Assembly: GCA_030390025.1 (NCBI GenBank)
Contig: CM059432.1
Location: 33,606,001-33,670,000 of the forward strand
Direction: 5' to 3'
From: Squalus acanthias
Lineage: Eukaryota
DNA length: 64,000 bases
Shown: positions 11,930-23,500 of the stretch, one piece after another
Position numbering within the stretch: position 1 is the stretch's first letter
Layout: every line of letters starts with the position of its first letter
Position numbers and translations under genes: made by a program
The notes under the pieces: model-generated
The model's database searches: none
The model's input: only the letters and a program-made list of their open reading frames with translations
What the model was told of the DNA's origin: nothing

Positions 11930-12545
11930 GGATTTATAGAGTACCTCAAGATGTCCCAAAGTACTTCACAGCCAATTACTTACTTTGGAAGTATCATCAC
12001 TGTTGGCAAACGCAGCAGCCAATTTGCACTCAGCAAAGTCCCAAAAACATTAAAAAAGTTGAATGAGGTATTAATGTGTTTTTGGTTGAGGGATGAAATG
12101 TTAGCCAATACAGCTCCCTGCTCTTGTTCCAATAGTCTCGTCGGAATTTTTTACACCCACCTGAGCAGACAGCCAGGACCTCAGTTTAACATCTCATCTG
12201 AAAGACAGCACCTCTTACAATGCAGCTCGCGCTCAGTAAAGTGTTAGCCTAAATTCTCTGTTCAAGGCCTTGGGGGTAAAATTAACTTTCAGCGATGGCA
12301 TAAAATGGACGATATCGAGTCGGCAGACCATATACACCCCGCCCAATTTTCCTTTTCATTGAAGTCATTCAATAAGATCATGGCTGATCAGTACCTCAAA
12401 TCCATTTACTTGCCTTTGTTCAAAATCCATTGATGCCCAACAAAAATCTAGCGATGTCAGTCTTGAATATTTCAAATGACCCCCTGGAGTGGGGTTTGAA
12501 CTCCACAGCCTTCTGAGTCAGAAGCAAAAGTGCTGCCAACTGAGT
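11930..12545 (-). mobile_element. Deu-like SINE (antisense) interrupted at 12274-12484
   Basis: Reverse-complement motifs TTTAACATCTCATCTGAAAGACAGCACCT and TGGAGTGGGGTTTGAAC...TTCTGAGTCAGA...AACTGAG. Confidence 0.72.
12274..12484. mobile_element. Small MITE-like remnant plus a CR1 3' fragment, nested in the SINE
   Basis: Begins GGGTAAAATT, ends GACCCCC, TGG on both sides (12271-12273, 12485-12487). About 12367-12480 resembles the antisense CR1 tail at 4645-4770. Confidence 0.5.
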
Positions 12546-12694
12546 ATTTGATTGGCTGATTACATCTCTGTTCCTACAGTCGCCAATTCCTTTCTCAGAT
12601 ATTTATCTAGTTTTGAAGGATTTCTGGTATTTTATAGAATGTTTGACTTTCTTCCCACTCCTCTGTAAGCCTCACTGGGCTGCATACCATGTCT

Positions 12695-13855
12695 GGCCTT
12701 GGAGAGGGCGCAGAGATATATCAGAATGATACCAGGGATGAGGGACTTCAGTTATGTGGAGAGATTAGTGAACCTGGGATTGTTCTCCTTAGAGCAGGGA
12801 AGATTAAGGGGAGATTTAATCAGGGTGTTCAAAATTATGAAGGGTTTTGATAGAGCAGATAGGCAGAAAGGGCGCGAAATTCGGTTACGCCCTGTTTGGG
12901 AGCGGTAACTGAGTTAAGGCTGGACATTTAGCGCCTGGCTAAATTCGGCTTACCCCCCCTCACAGGAAGTGCAGCGCAATCACGGGCGCTCCACTTCCTG
13001 GTGGGGCGGGAACCGAGGCGATGTCGGAGTGCGATGGGCAGCGCTCTGCGGAGGCTCCATGGAGCGCTGCCGCGTTTCAATGCCCCTCCCCTTCAATTAA
13101 AGGGGAGGGCCGTTGTGTACTCTGCACACTAGGCCACCAGGGCGGCGTGGTGCCATGGCCACAGCCTGGAGGTCGGCCAAAAAAATAAAATGGCAGCACG
13201 GGTCACGGCTGCGCCTTCCCTTTAAATACCGCACCGCGAGCCGAAGTCAGCCTGGTTCGCGACCCGCGAGGCTAGCGCTGACATCGCCTGCGGCAGCCTC
13301 GCAGGGCACAACTGAATTTCTGCTGCTGGGCGGTAAGGGGTCACGGCGCACGGCGATGACGTCATCGCCGGTGGCGCAGTGGCCCAGGGCGCTACTGGCA
13401 GGGGCGCAGCGCTTTTGGGTAGCATCTCAGCAATGCCCCGCTGAATTTCTTGGGAGGCGCTTTTTTTGCTCCCTGGGCAATAAGCCCTTTGCGCCCCGTT
13501 AGCGTCCCCCGGAGGCGCTAATGGCCGGCGCAAAGGAGCCGAATTTCTAGCCCAAACTGTTTTCACTGGCAGTAGAGTCAAGATAATTGGCAAAAGAACC
13601 AGAGGGGAGATGAGGAGAAATATTTTTATGTAGCGACTTGTTATGATCTAAAATGCACTGCCTGAAAGGGTGGTGGAAGCAGATACAATAGTAACTTTCA
13701 AAAGGGAGTTGCATATATACTTGAAAATGAAAATTTGCAGGGCTATGGGGAACGAGCAGGGTGTAGGACTAATTGGATAGCTCTTTCAAAGAGCTGGCAG
13801 TGTGACGATGGACCTAATGATCTTCTTTTCCGTGCTGTAAGAATCTATCATTCTA
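12695..13855 (+). mobile_element. CR1 3' fragment split by a MITE
   Basis: RMIPGMRDFSYVERL..LGLFSLEQGRLRGDLIRVFKIMKGFDR. CR1 sequence resumes at 13554 and continues to GGCTATGGGGAACGAGCAGG and the 3' tail. Confidence 0.85.
12870..13553. mobile_element. 684-bp CpG-rich non-autonomous TIR element (PIF/Harbinger-like MITE)
   Basis: TIRs GGGCGCGAAATTCGG / CCGAATTTCTAGCCC (13/15 match). AAA duplicated at 12867-12869 and 13554-13556. Confidence 0.82.
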
Positions 13856-15277
13856 TAATATGGTTGGATGGGCAGTCTTTTCAGGGTTACTCTTTGAGCC
13901 AGTTATGAGTCAGGGCATTATTGGAGGACTGTGGATTTCATTTTTTTTCTTTGTGCATGGAAAAATCACCCTACCGTGGTCCAAATTACTCATACAAACA
14001 GTTGGATAGCTACAACTCCTTTAACTATAAAGGGGCTTCAAACTAGCAAAGTGTCTGAGACGCTTCATGGGGTTGGAGCAGGGGAAAGGGAAATCAGACA
14101 CCAACAAGAGCTGGAGAGAAGAATTAGTGAGGATAGGTGTGGTTGAAGAGGTTTTGAATGGATTTTCAATGGTGGGGAAGGAGGTTAGCAAGGAGAAGGA
14201 TTAAGGATGGTGAAGCAGAGGGCAAGTATAGGCGGATAGCTGGACAAAGAAGAGCAGAGGGTAAGAGTTGGGCGTAGGGCTGGAGGAGGTTGCATGGTAG
14301 ACCATAGAGGGATTTGCAATTATGATTTGACATCACATTTGGTTTAGCCTTGTGAAAGTTATCCACTTAATAGAAAGTAATCACAAGCGGGGTAATTCCA
14401 TAACCCTGCACTGCCAGAGGAGAACTGCTCTCGCAGGGAGCATGGGTTAGAGATAGGGTGACAGCACTGAAGCCCCAATGCGCTGATTCCCGCTCCCTGC
14501 CAGTGCTACTCCCCACTGGGACCATGTGATCTCAGAATCAGTCCAAAGATTATAGATAAAATGGATGAGAAAGGCCATTTGACTCATCTTCCTTCATCCA
14601 GCTAGAAAAACATACAGATCCTCCCATCAAGCACCCAGCTGTCTCCTAATCGACTCCAAAGTTTTTTGCTTCCATTTCCCTACTCAGAAATCCATTCCAA
14701 GTGTTAATCACTCTGCATGAACTTCCTTACATCAGTCCAAAATTTGCCAAAATTAAATTAATCGTTTTAAGTAGTTTAGAAAAATAATATATTTCCTTTA
14801 AATCCAAAAATGCCTCTGAGATTCCATCATAGTGAACGCTAATTCACCATTTCCCTAGTTACTGGAGAAATGGTAACAAATTACTATGTGGCACAGCATA
14901 TATGGGATCAGTGACTAATCATTAAACTGACTTCAAATGTGCCTTATAACCTACATAAAATGTGCAAACACCAACTCTGCTTATTTTAGCCAAGTCTGCG
15001 CTTAATTAATGGCTTAATTGCTCTTTTAGCCATTGTCCGATAATCCGTTACAGCTGGGTTTGATTCAATTTAGAAAAATGCAGTCTGGCGCAAATGACGT
15101 GGAGGTGGTATTAATGAGCAAGCAGCCGTACTGCTAAACGTGTGGTTACATTGCCACATTCAGGATGTTTCAGCTTAACACAGGACAGAATCAGCAAAGG
15201 GTCCTTGCAGTCAAGATACAGGGAAGAATCTGGCGATAATAAGAGTTAAATATCTGCATAGAATAGAACCGGTCAAG

Positions 15278-15595
15278 GATACGAACGTACAAACAATTAT
15301 GGACAGGAAAAGACCCTCTGGTCCATCTAGCCGGTCCCACACAACTGTGATATCTTGTGCATCACAATATGTGCACGTCCCACCCCACCTGAAAGCCATG
15401 TAATCTCCTGGGAGAGGCAAAAACCAGATAAATACCCAGGCCAATTAGGGGGGAAAAATCTGGAAAATTCCTCTCTGACTCCCTTAGACAATTGAAACTA
15501 ATCCAGGAAACCACTCTGCTCATGATTAATGTCCTACAGTCCCTATCTTTTGTAAGAGGTGATCTTCATCCCAGCCAGAAACAGATCCATCTCAT
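15278..15595 (-). mobile_element. LINE 3' UTR fragment (CR1-like), antisense
   Basis: ACGAACGTACAAAC-type terminal repeat followed by GGACAGGAAAAGACCCTCTGGTCCATCTAGCC, the layout of CR1-like tails. Confidence 0.5.
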
Positions 15596-16012
15596 TGTGG
15601 AGAAAGGTGTATGTGCCAAGTGGCATGGGAGAGCTGAAGTCAGAGATGTGGTGGAATTGCCCTGTTAAAGTGGAGGAAGGGGCCTTAGGTTGTGCATGCA
15701 AATAATTGCCGCTAGGGGAGATGGGGAGTAATACTGTAAGATCTGGAGCAACTGCCCTCTTAACCAGAATGCATTGTGAAGGGATAGCTGTTACTATTAG
15801 AGGGTAGAGTTTGCTGGTTCCCAGGGTGACCAAGGAAGAAAAGGAAGAATGGCCGATGTATTACCTTGCCTACCCTTGTCAGGTCATTGAATGTTTTGCA
15901 AAACTGGTCTACAGTCCTAGGAGTGAGACAGTTGGCACTCAGTGCCAGTGCAACCTTCCTCCACTTGGCACGAATGATCTATATTTGGTAGGTTTCCTGC
16001 TGCAGACACCCA

Positions 16013-17758
16013 GGCCGGGATTTTGCTCACCTCGGCGGGTCCTTGGCGGGCGACGTCGGTGGCAGGTCCCGACCCTGCTGCTGGCTCCATCCCGCTCTGT
16101 GAAATGAATTTCCCTTGCTAGGGCTTGTTAAGCCCGTCCAGTGCGTTTCCCAGTCCAATTAGAGGAAGCAGGTCTGGCGACATCATTTGATGACGCGTCA
16201 TCAGCCGGTTTCCTTAAAGGGACCATGGCCAACTTTATTTTGACAGTTGTGCTGTCAGTGTTCCACAGCATTGAGGTGCTGCAAACACTGACAATGACTG
16301 CACAGAGGTGCAGGGCTGCACCCAGGTTCTCCCATGACTCCCTCCATATGCTTGTAGAGGGAGTCACAGCACGCAGGGAGGTCCTCTTCCCTTCCAATTG
16401 GCGGAAGACACCTCCCCAGGAGACCAAAACAGCCTGGTTGCACATTGCACAGGAGAGCACAAACAGGGATGTGGTCAGGAGGACCAGGCTGCAGTGGCGC
16501 AAACCTTTCAATGATCTCAGTAATCACGAATCTTTAGTACAAAGGCACACACAACCTCATTCTGCTGTGCCTCACATCCCCATCACTCTGCCTTCCCTAC
16601 CCTACTCCTGCACATCCTTACTCACACCAACTTACCTTGCACCTCCACCCATCCCTCTCTATCTACATTATCACATCCCCATCTCACTAGCCACCCCTCA
16701 CACTCATCCTCATCCTAGTACAATCATACCAACTAACAACACACAAGGGTAGGTACTTGGGTGTTATATCTAATGTTCATGTAAAGTTTCTGTTAATGTG
16801 CTGTCAAACATTGAAACCTTTATTTTCAACACTTTGCTTTCTTGGACAGATTTGTGTGCACCTTTGGAAGTGGCTTAGTGAGTTGCAGTAAATTGTGAGA
16901 CATAACGGTACCCCCCCCCCGCAATGGTGATGAATGTGAAAGGAATGGGTTGGGCGTTGTAGGGATGCTTTATGGTGCTGGTGTGGGGTGGTGCCAACCT
17001 GGCACATCATGTGGCAGCCATATGGGTGTACATCGTCAAATGAAGTAAATTTGGCCATGGTGAGGCCATCCCTGGCCTCCGGGGCAGCAATGTGCTCGGG
17101 TGCTGATGCCCTCTGCCCTGTGCAGCATTAGATGATTGTGGAGAAGGTTGGTATTGTTGTTAATGCTGTTGGTATGCCTGGTGGGGCTGATCGTGGTCGT
17201 ATTCTGAGGACCAAGGTGAGACGGTATAAAGGGCACCCATGTTGATGGAATAGATGACAGGTGAAGTACAGATGACAGAAGCATTCTGTCAATGGTGAGG
17301 AAGTTCTTCCAAAGAGGTGATACTAGAGGGAGAGTGGAAAACCTGCAGAATCTGTGCTGGAAATGGACTGAGAAACAGCTAAAGGCTGAGGAAAGTGAAG
17401 ATCTGCCAGGTGGGAGCTGCTACTTTACATTTGAAGCTGTCAAGGAATCAGCTGGAGCAATGGCCACTGAACTCCCGCCTCAGGTTGACAGCCGTGGTCC
17501 CCGAACAGCGTGGACCCCGTGGGTGAGCAGTTTAACAGAGATGGTAAGGTAAAATGTATTCTTAATGATCTCTCAACAAGGCAATAAGTAGCTTAATTGG
17601 GTTCCCTGTTGGGCTGCTCAGCGCTGACAGACCCGACATTGGGAAAGGCGCATGGTGGCGGGTTAACAGCAGGGTCCTGACCCGCTGTCAAAAAAAAAAC
17701 ACTTTCTCACCCGACTCGCCACCGATCCCACCCGCTGACCCCTCGCAAAATTCCGGCC
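16013..17758. mobile_element. Internally deleted PIF/Harbinger DNA transposon (1,746 bp)
   Basis: TIRs GGCCGGGATTTTGC / GCAAAATTCCGGCC (13/14 match). CCA duplicated at 16010-16012 and 17759-17761. Contains a Myb/SANT-like remnant (+) and a probable transposase C-terminal remnant (-). Confidence 0.82.
16293..16520 (+). pseudogene. Myb/SANT-like DNA-binding domain remnant of the Harbinger accessory ORF
   Basis: MTAQRCRAAPRFSHDSLHMLVEGVTARREVLFP...AWLHIAQE...RRTRLQWRKPFNDL fits the RF..L..LV..V / W..IA / RT..Q.RK.FNDL pattern of Harbinger-associated Myb/SANT domains. Confidence 0.75.
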
Positions 17759-18169
17759 CCAATGTTCTGAATCCACTCTGTTCTATTACATCCAGCCGGG
17801 TTTGCAGGTCAGTCTCACTGAAATTGTTGCATCTTCTTCCCTGCTCTCTTGGGTCATGCCCTGGTCCCTTATTTGGCTGCTCTGTAAGGTTTTCTTCTGT
17901 GAGACATTATTGGAAAGTGGAGCACAAACCGTCATGAGACATTCAGTCAAGCTACTGAGCCAAACATTGTTCCTCACTTACCTGCTGTTCCCCCAACCTG
18001 CTACTGCAATTTTCAGCCAGAATTTGGATTTTTAAAGGGTGCTCTCTAATTCCCAAGCACTCCTATATATTAGAGACTGGTAGTCTTTCACTCTTTGGTC
18101 AGACTGACCTGTAGCCCCAACCCCTAGCTACCCCTAGATAGACAAGGTTCTTCTCTGAAATACTTTTTA

Positions 18170-18630
18170 AAAATTTGTTTATGGGATGTGGGCATCGCTG
18201 GCAAGGCCAGCATTGATTGCCCATCCCTAATTGCCCTTGAGAAGGTGGTGATGAGCCACCTTCTTGAACCGCTGCAGTCCATGTGGTGAAGGTACTCCCA
18301 CAGTGCTGTTAGGGAGGGAGTTCCAGGATTTTGACCCAGTGACGATGAAGGATTGGCGATATACTTCTAAGTCAGGATGGTGTGTGATTTGGAGGGGAAC
18401 TTGGAGGTGGTGGTGTTCCGATGCGCCTGCTGTCTTGTCCTTCTGGGTGGAAGAGGTCGCAGGTTTGGGAGGTGCTGCCGAAGAAGCCTTGGCGAGTTGC
18501 TGCAGTGCATCTTGTAGATGGTACACACTGCAGCCACGGTGTGCCGGTGGAGGGAGTGAATGTTTAAGGTGGTGGATGGGGTGCCAATCAAACGGGCTGC
18601 TTTGTCCTGGATGGTGTCGAGCTGCCCTTG
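18170..18630 (-). mobile_element. Non-LTR retrotransposon 3' end (ORF2 C-terminus + 3' UTR)
   Basis: HSLHRHTVAAVCTIYKMHC and SFIVTGSKSWNSLPNSTVG...LQRFKKVAHHHLLKGN*, followed by a short UTR shared with the SINE at 8900-9315. Confidence 0.78.
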
Positions 18631-18759
18631 TAGGTAATGATTCTATTCCTGGGATGGGTTCATGTGGGGTGGAAGTTTTGACTGTCACACTCGCACCACT
18701 GGAATTTCTGCCCTTTATTCTCTGGGCCCCTGATCATTCTAGTAGCACCTCTCAACTAC

Positions 18760-19200
18760 CAGCTATGGCTCAAAGCCTCTGAGTCAGAAGTTTATGGGTT
18801 CAAGCCCTATTCCAGAGACTTGAGATCAAAAATCTAGGCTGATACAACAGTGTAGCGATGAGGAAGTGTTGCACTGTCAGAGGTGCAGTCTTTCGAATGA
18901 GGCATTAAACCGATGCCCCGTCTGTCCTCTCAGCTGGCACTATTTCGAAGAGGAGCAGCGGTGTTCTCCCTGTTGTCCTGGCCAATATTTATCCCTCAAC
19001 CAACATCATTAAAATAAACAGATGATCCGATCATTTATTTCATTGCTGTTTGTGGGAGCTTGCTGTGCTCAAATTGACTGCCATGTTTCCTACATTACAA
19101 CAGTGACTACGCTGCAAAAGTACTTCAATGGCTGTGAAGCGCTTTGGGACATCCTGAAGCCGTGAAAGGTGCAATATAAATAAAAGTTCTTTCTTTCTCT
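18760..19200 (+). mobile_element. Deu-like SINE, near full length
   Basis: Colinear with 1545-2010 (GGTTCAAGCCC, TTTCGAATGAGGCATTAAACCG, GTGAAAGGTGCAATATAAAT). Confidence 0.8.
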
Positions 19201-20542
19201 GGACCTTTTACACAGGCGCATGCAACACACATACATCTAAACATCTGGACAAACAAAGTCAAGGGAGCATTTGAATTCTTTCAGACATCACCTGATGCAA
19301 AAACATACTGCGGTTTAACATGAGAGGTCGAGTCGACTTCTAAAACTTATATTATTAAAAATAATTGGCTCATGCACACACACACATTTATTTAAAACAT
19401 GCATCGCTGGAAGGGCGTATTCTTCCTGCATAAATAGAGAAATCAATTTTCCTTGTCAGTCAGGATCTGTGATAATGTGTTAATGTCAGGATGTGCAGCC
19501 ATTCTGAGCCTTAAATTACAGGCTGGACATGAAGCTGAACAGCAGAGTGAGTATCTCCACACTCAGTCCCTTTTTTTACGAGAACTAAATTAAAGGGACC
19601 ATGCCTTCGGTTTGGATGTGTGCACCTGTTTGATCCGGAGAGTCAGCAGACTGGACAGCGAGACTTAAAGCGAGGAGATGATCGGTCAAAGTGACAGGGT
19701 GAATGGTCATTAATCCAGATTGTAGAGGGAGAGAAAATTTAAAGGCATCGTTGAATGTTCATTAATGTTCATTAATAAAATGCTGGAGGAGGTAGCAAGA
19801 AAAGAGTAGCATGAAAAGAAAAATCATTATAGGTTATATAAACAGAAAATCTCAAGGCTGGAGGTCCATGCAGTCCGCCTTTCTGTTGTTCTAGTAGCTG
19901 TAACTGACGATGTGCTTCTCTTCAAGATTCATGTCTAATTTGACCTTGAAGAGATCAAAGCTCCTTGACCCTATAACCTTCCTCTGTAAGCCATTCCAAA
20001 AACCAACCATACTCTCAGCGAAGTAATATGACCCAACTGAATCTACCCCTCATCAGCTCACACTCATTCTCCCTCATCCTGCTGTCTCATGCCAATTCAA
20101 ATATCCCGATTGACTCTCCACATCCCTGATCCTTATTAACTTAACAACCTCAATCATGTCCCTTCTCATTCCTCAACTTTCCAATGAGAAGAGTCACAGT
20201 CCTGTGATACTATCCTCATGTGTCTTATTCTCTAGGCCCCTTGTCATTCCAGGAGCTCTTTGTTACAGGTTTTTCAGCTCACCTACATCTACCTGCAGTG
20301 ATGGCTCCAGACCTGCACACAATTCTTCAGGTGTGGCCTTTCCAGGATAACTTGGCAGGATAACTTCCTTTGATCTACACTCTCTTATACATGTCCTTCA
20401 CAGCCAAATTATCCCACAGAATCCTCCAGGATACTGTTAATTTATACTGGAAAAATCCCATGTTAAAAAAAGCAATGTTCTTGGCTGATGCTGTGGGAGT
20501 TCCTTTCTTCATGTGTTCCAGAATGAATAAGAACTTGTTCAT

Positions 20543-23500
20543 GGGCTACATGAGGCCTTTGCCCCAGGCTGTATGAGGCTGTGTCCTTGGGCTGTTTGAG
20601 GCTGTGCCTCTGGATTGTATGAGGCTGTGTCTCTGGACTGTACGAGGCTGTGTCTGTGGACTGTATGAGGCTGTGTCTCTGGACTGTATGAGGCTGTGTC
20701 TCTGGACTGTATGAGCTGTGTCCCTGGACTGTATGAGGCTGTGTCTCTGGACAATATGAGGCTGTGTCTCTGGACTGAATGAGGCTGTGTCTCTGGACTG
20801 TATGAGGCTGTGACCCTGGACTGTATGAGGCTGTGTCTCTGGACTGAATGAGGCTGTGTCTCTGGACTGTAGAAGCCTGTGTCTCTGGACTGTATGAGGC
20901 TGTGTCTCTGGACTGTATGAGGCGGTGTCTGTGGGCTGTATGAGGCTGTGTCTCTGGACCGTATGAGGCTGTGTCTCTGGACTGTATGAGGATGTTTCCC
21001 TGGACTGTATGAGGCTGTGTCCCTGGACTGTATGAGACTGTGTCCCTGGACTGTATGAGACTGAGTCTCTGGACTGTATGAGGATGTTTCCCTGGACTGT
21101 ATGAGGCTGTGTCCCTGGACTGTATGAGACTGTGTCCCTGGACTGTATGAGACTGTGTCCCTGGACTGTATGAGGCTGTTTCTCTGGACTGTATGAGGCT
21201 GTGTCTCTGGACTGTATGAGGCTGTGTCTCTGGACTGAATGAGGATGTTTCACTGGACTGTATGAGGCTGAGTCTCTGGACTGAATGAGGATGTTTCCCT
21301 GGACTGTATGAGGCTGTGTCCCTGGACTGTATGAGACTGTGTCCCTGGACTGTATGAGACTGTGTCCCTGGACGATATGAGGCTGTTTCTCTGGACTGTA
21401 TGAGGCTGTGTCTCTGGACTGTATGAGGCTGTGTCTCTGGACTGAATGAGGATGTTTCCCTAACTGTATGAGGCTGTGTCTCTGGACTGAATGAGGATGT
21501 TTCCCTGGACTGTATGAGGCTGAGTCTCTGGACTGAATGAGGATGTTTCCCTGGACTGTATGAGGCGGTGTCCCTGGATTGTATGTGGCTGTGTCTCTGG
21601 ACTGTATGAGGCTGTGTCTCTGGACTGCATGAGGCTGTGTCCCTCGAATATATGAGGCTGTGTCCCTGGACTGTATGAGGCTGTGTCCCTGGAATATATG
21701 AGGCTGTGTCCCATGAATATATGAGGCTGTGTCCCTGGACTGTATGAGGCTGTGTCTCTGGAATGTATGAGGTTGTGTCTCCAGACTGAATGAGGTTGTG
21801 TCATTGGACTGTATGAGGCTGAGTTTTTAGACTGTATGAGATTGTGTCTCTGGACTGTATGAGTCTGTGGCCTTGGACTGTATGAGGGTGTGTCTCTGGA
21901 CTGTATGAGATTGTGTCTCTGGACTGCATGAGGCTGTGTCCTTGGGCAGTATGACGTTGTGTCTCTGGAATGAATGAGGCTGTGTCTCTAGACTGAATGA
22001 GGCTGTGTCTCTGGACTGTATGAGGCAGTGTCTCTGGACTGCAGGAGGCTGTGTCCCTGGACTGTACGAGGCTGTGTTTCTGGACTGCGTGAGGTTGTGT
22101 CTCTGGACTGTACGAGGCTGTCTCTGGGCTGAATGAGGCTCTGTCTCTGGGCTGTATGAGGCTGTGTCTCTCGACTGTATGAGGCTGTGTCTCTGGACTG
22201 TATGAGGCTGTGTCTCTGGACTGTATGAGGTTGTGTCTCTGGACTATATCAGACCTTGTCTCTGGAATGTATGAGGCTGTGTCTCTGGACTGTATGAGGC
22301 TGTTGCCTTGGACTGTATGAGGCTGTGTCTCTGGACTGTATGAGGTTGTGTCTCCGGACTGTATGAGACTGTGTCTCTGGACTGTATGAGGCTGTGTCTC
22401 AGGACTGTATGAGGCTGTGTCTCTGGACTGTATGAGGTTGTGTCTCTGGACTGTATAAGACTGTGTCTCTGGACTGTATGAGGCTGTGTCTCTGGACTGT
22501 ATGAGGTTGTGTCTCTGGACTGTATGAGACTGTGTCTCTGGACTGTATGAGGCTGTGTCTCTGGACTGTATGAGGTTGTGTCTCTGGACTGAATGAGGCT
22601 GTGTCTCTGGACTGTATGAGGCTGTGTCTCTGGACTGTATGAGGTTGTGCCTCTGGACTGTATGAGGCTGTGTCTCTGGATTGTATGAGGCTGTGACTCT
22701 GGACTGTATGAGGCTGTGTCTCTGGATTGTATGAGGCTGTGTCTCTGGACTGTATGAGGCTTTGTCTCTGGACTGTATGAGGCTGCGTCTCTGGACTGTA
22801 TGAGGCTGTGCCCCTGGAAAACATGATACTGTGTCTCTGGAATGAATGACGCTGTGTCTCTAGACTGAATGAGGCTGTGTCTCTGGACTGCATGAGGCTG
22901 TGTCCCTGGACTGTACGAGGCTGTGTTTCTGGACTGCATGAGGTTGTGTCTTTGGACTGTACGAGGCTGTCTCTGGGCTGTATGAGGCTCTGTCTCTGGG
23001 CTGTATGAGGCTGTGTCTCTGGACTGTATGAGGCTGTGTCTCTGGATTGTATGAGGTTGTGTCTCTGGACTATATGAGACCTTGTCTCTGGAATGTATGA
23101 GGCTGTGTCTCTGGACTGTATGAGGTTGTGTCTCTGGACTGTATGAGGCTGTGACTCTGGACTGTATGAGGCTGTGTCTCTGGACTGTATGAGACTGTGT
23201 CTCTGGATTGTATGAGACTGTGTCTCTGGACTGTATGAGGCTGTGACTCTGGAGTATATGAGGCTGTGACTCTGGACAGTATGAGGCATTGTCTCTGGAC
23301 TGTATGAGGTTGTGTCTCTGGACTGTATGAGGTTGTGTCTCTGGACTGTATGAGGTTGTGTCTCTGGACTGTATGAGGCTGTGTCTCTGGATTGTATGAG
23401 GCTGTGTCTCTGGATTGTATGAGGCTGTGTGTCTGGACTGTATGAGGCTGTGTCTCTGGACTGTATGAGGCTCTGTCTCTGGGCTGTATGAGGCTGTGTC

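Noticed and set aside
13113..13593. GC-rich ORFs or CpG-island promoter
   Set aside because: They lie essentially within the 684-bp TIR element, which explains the GC and CpG content.
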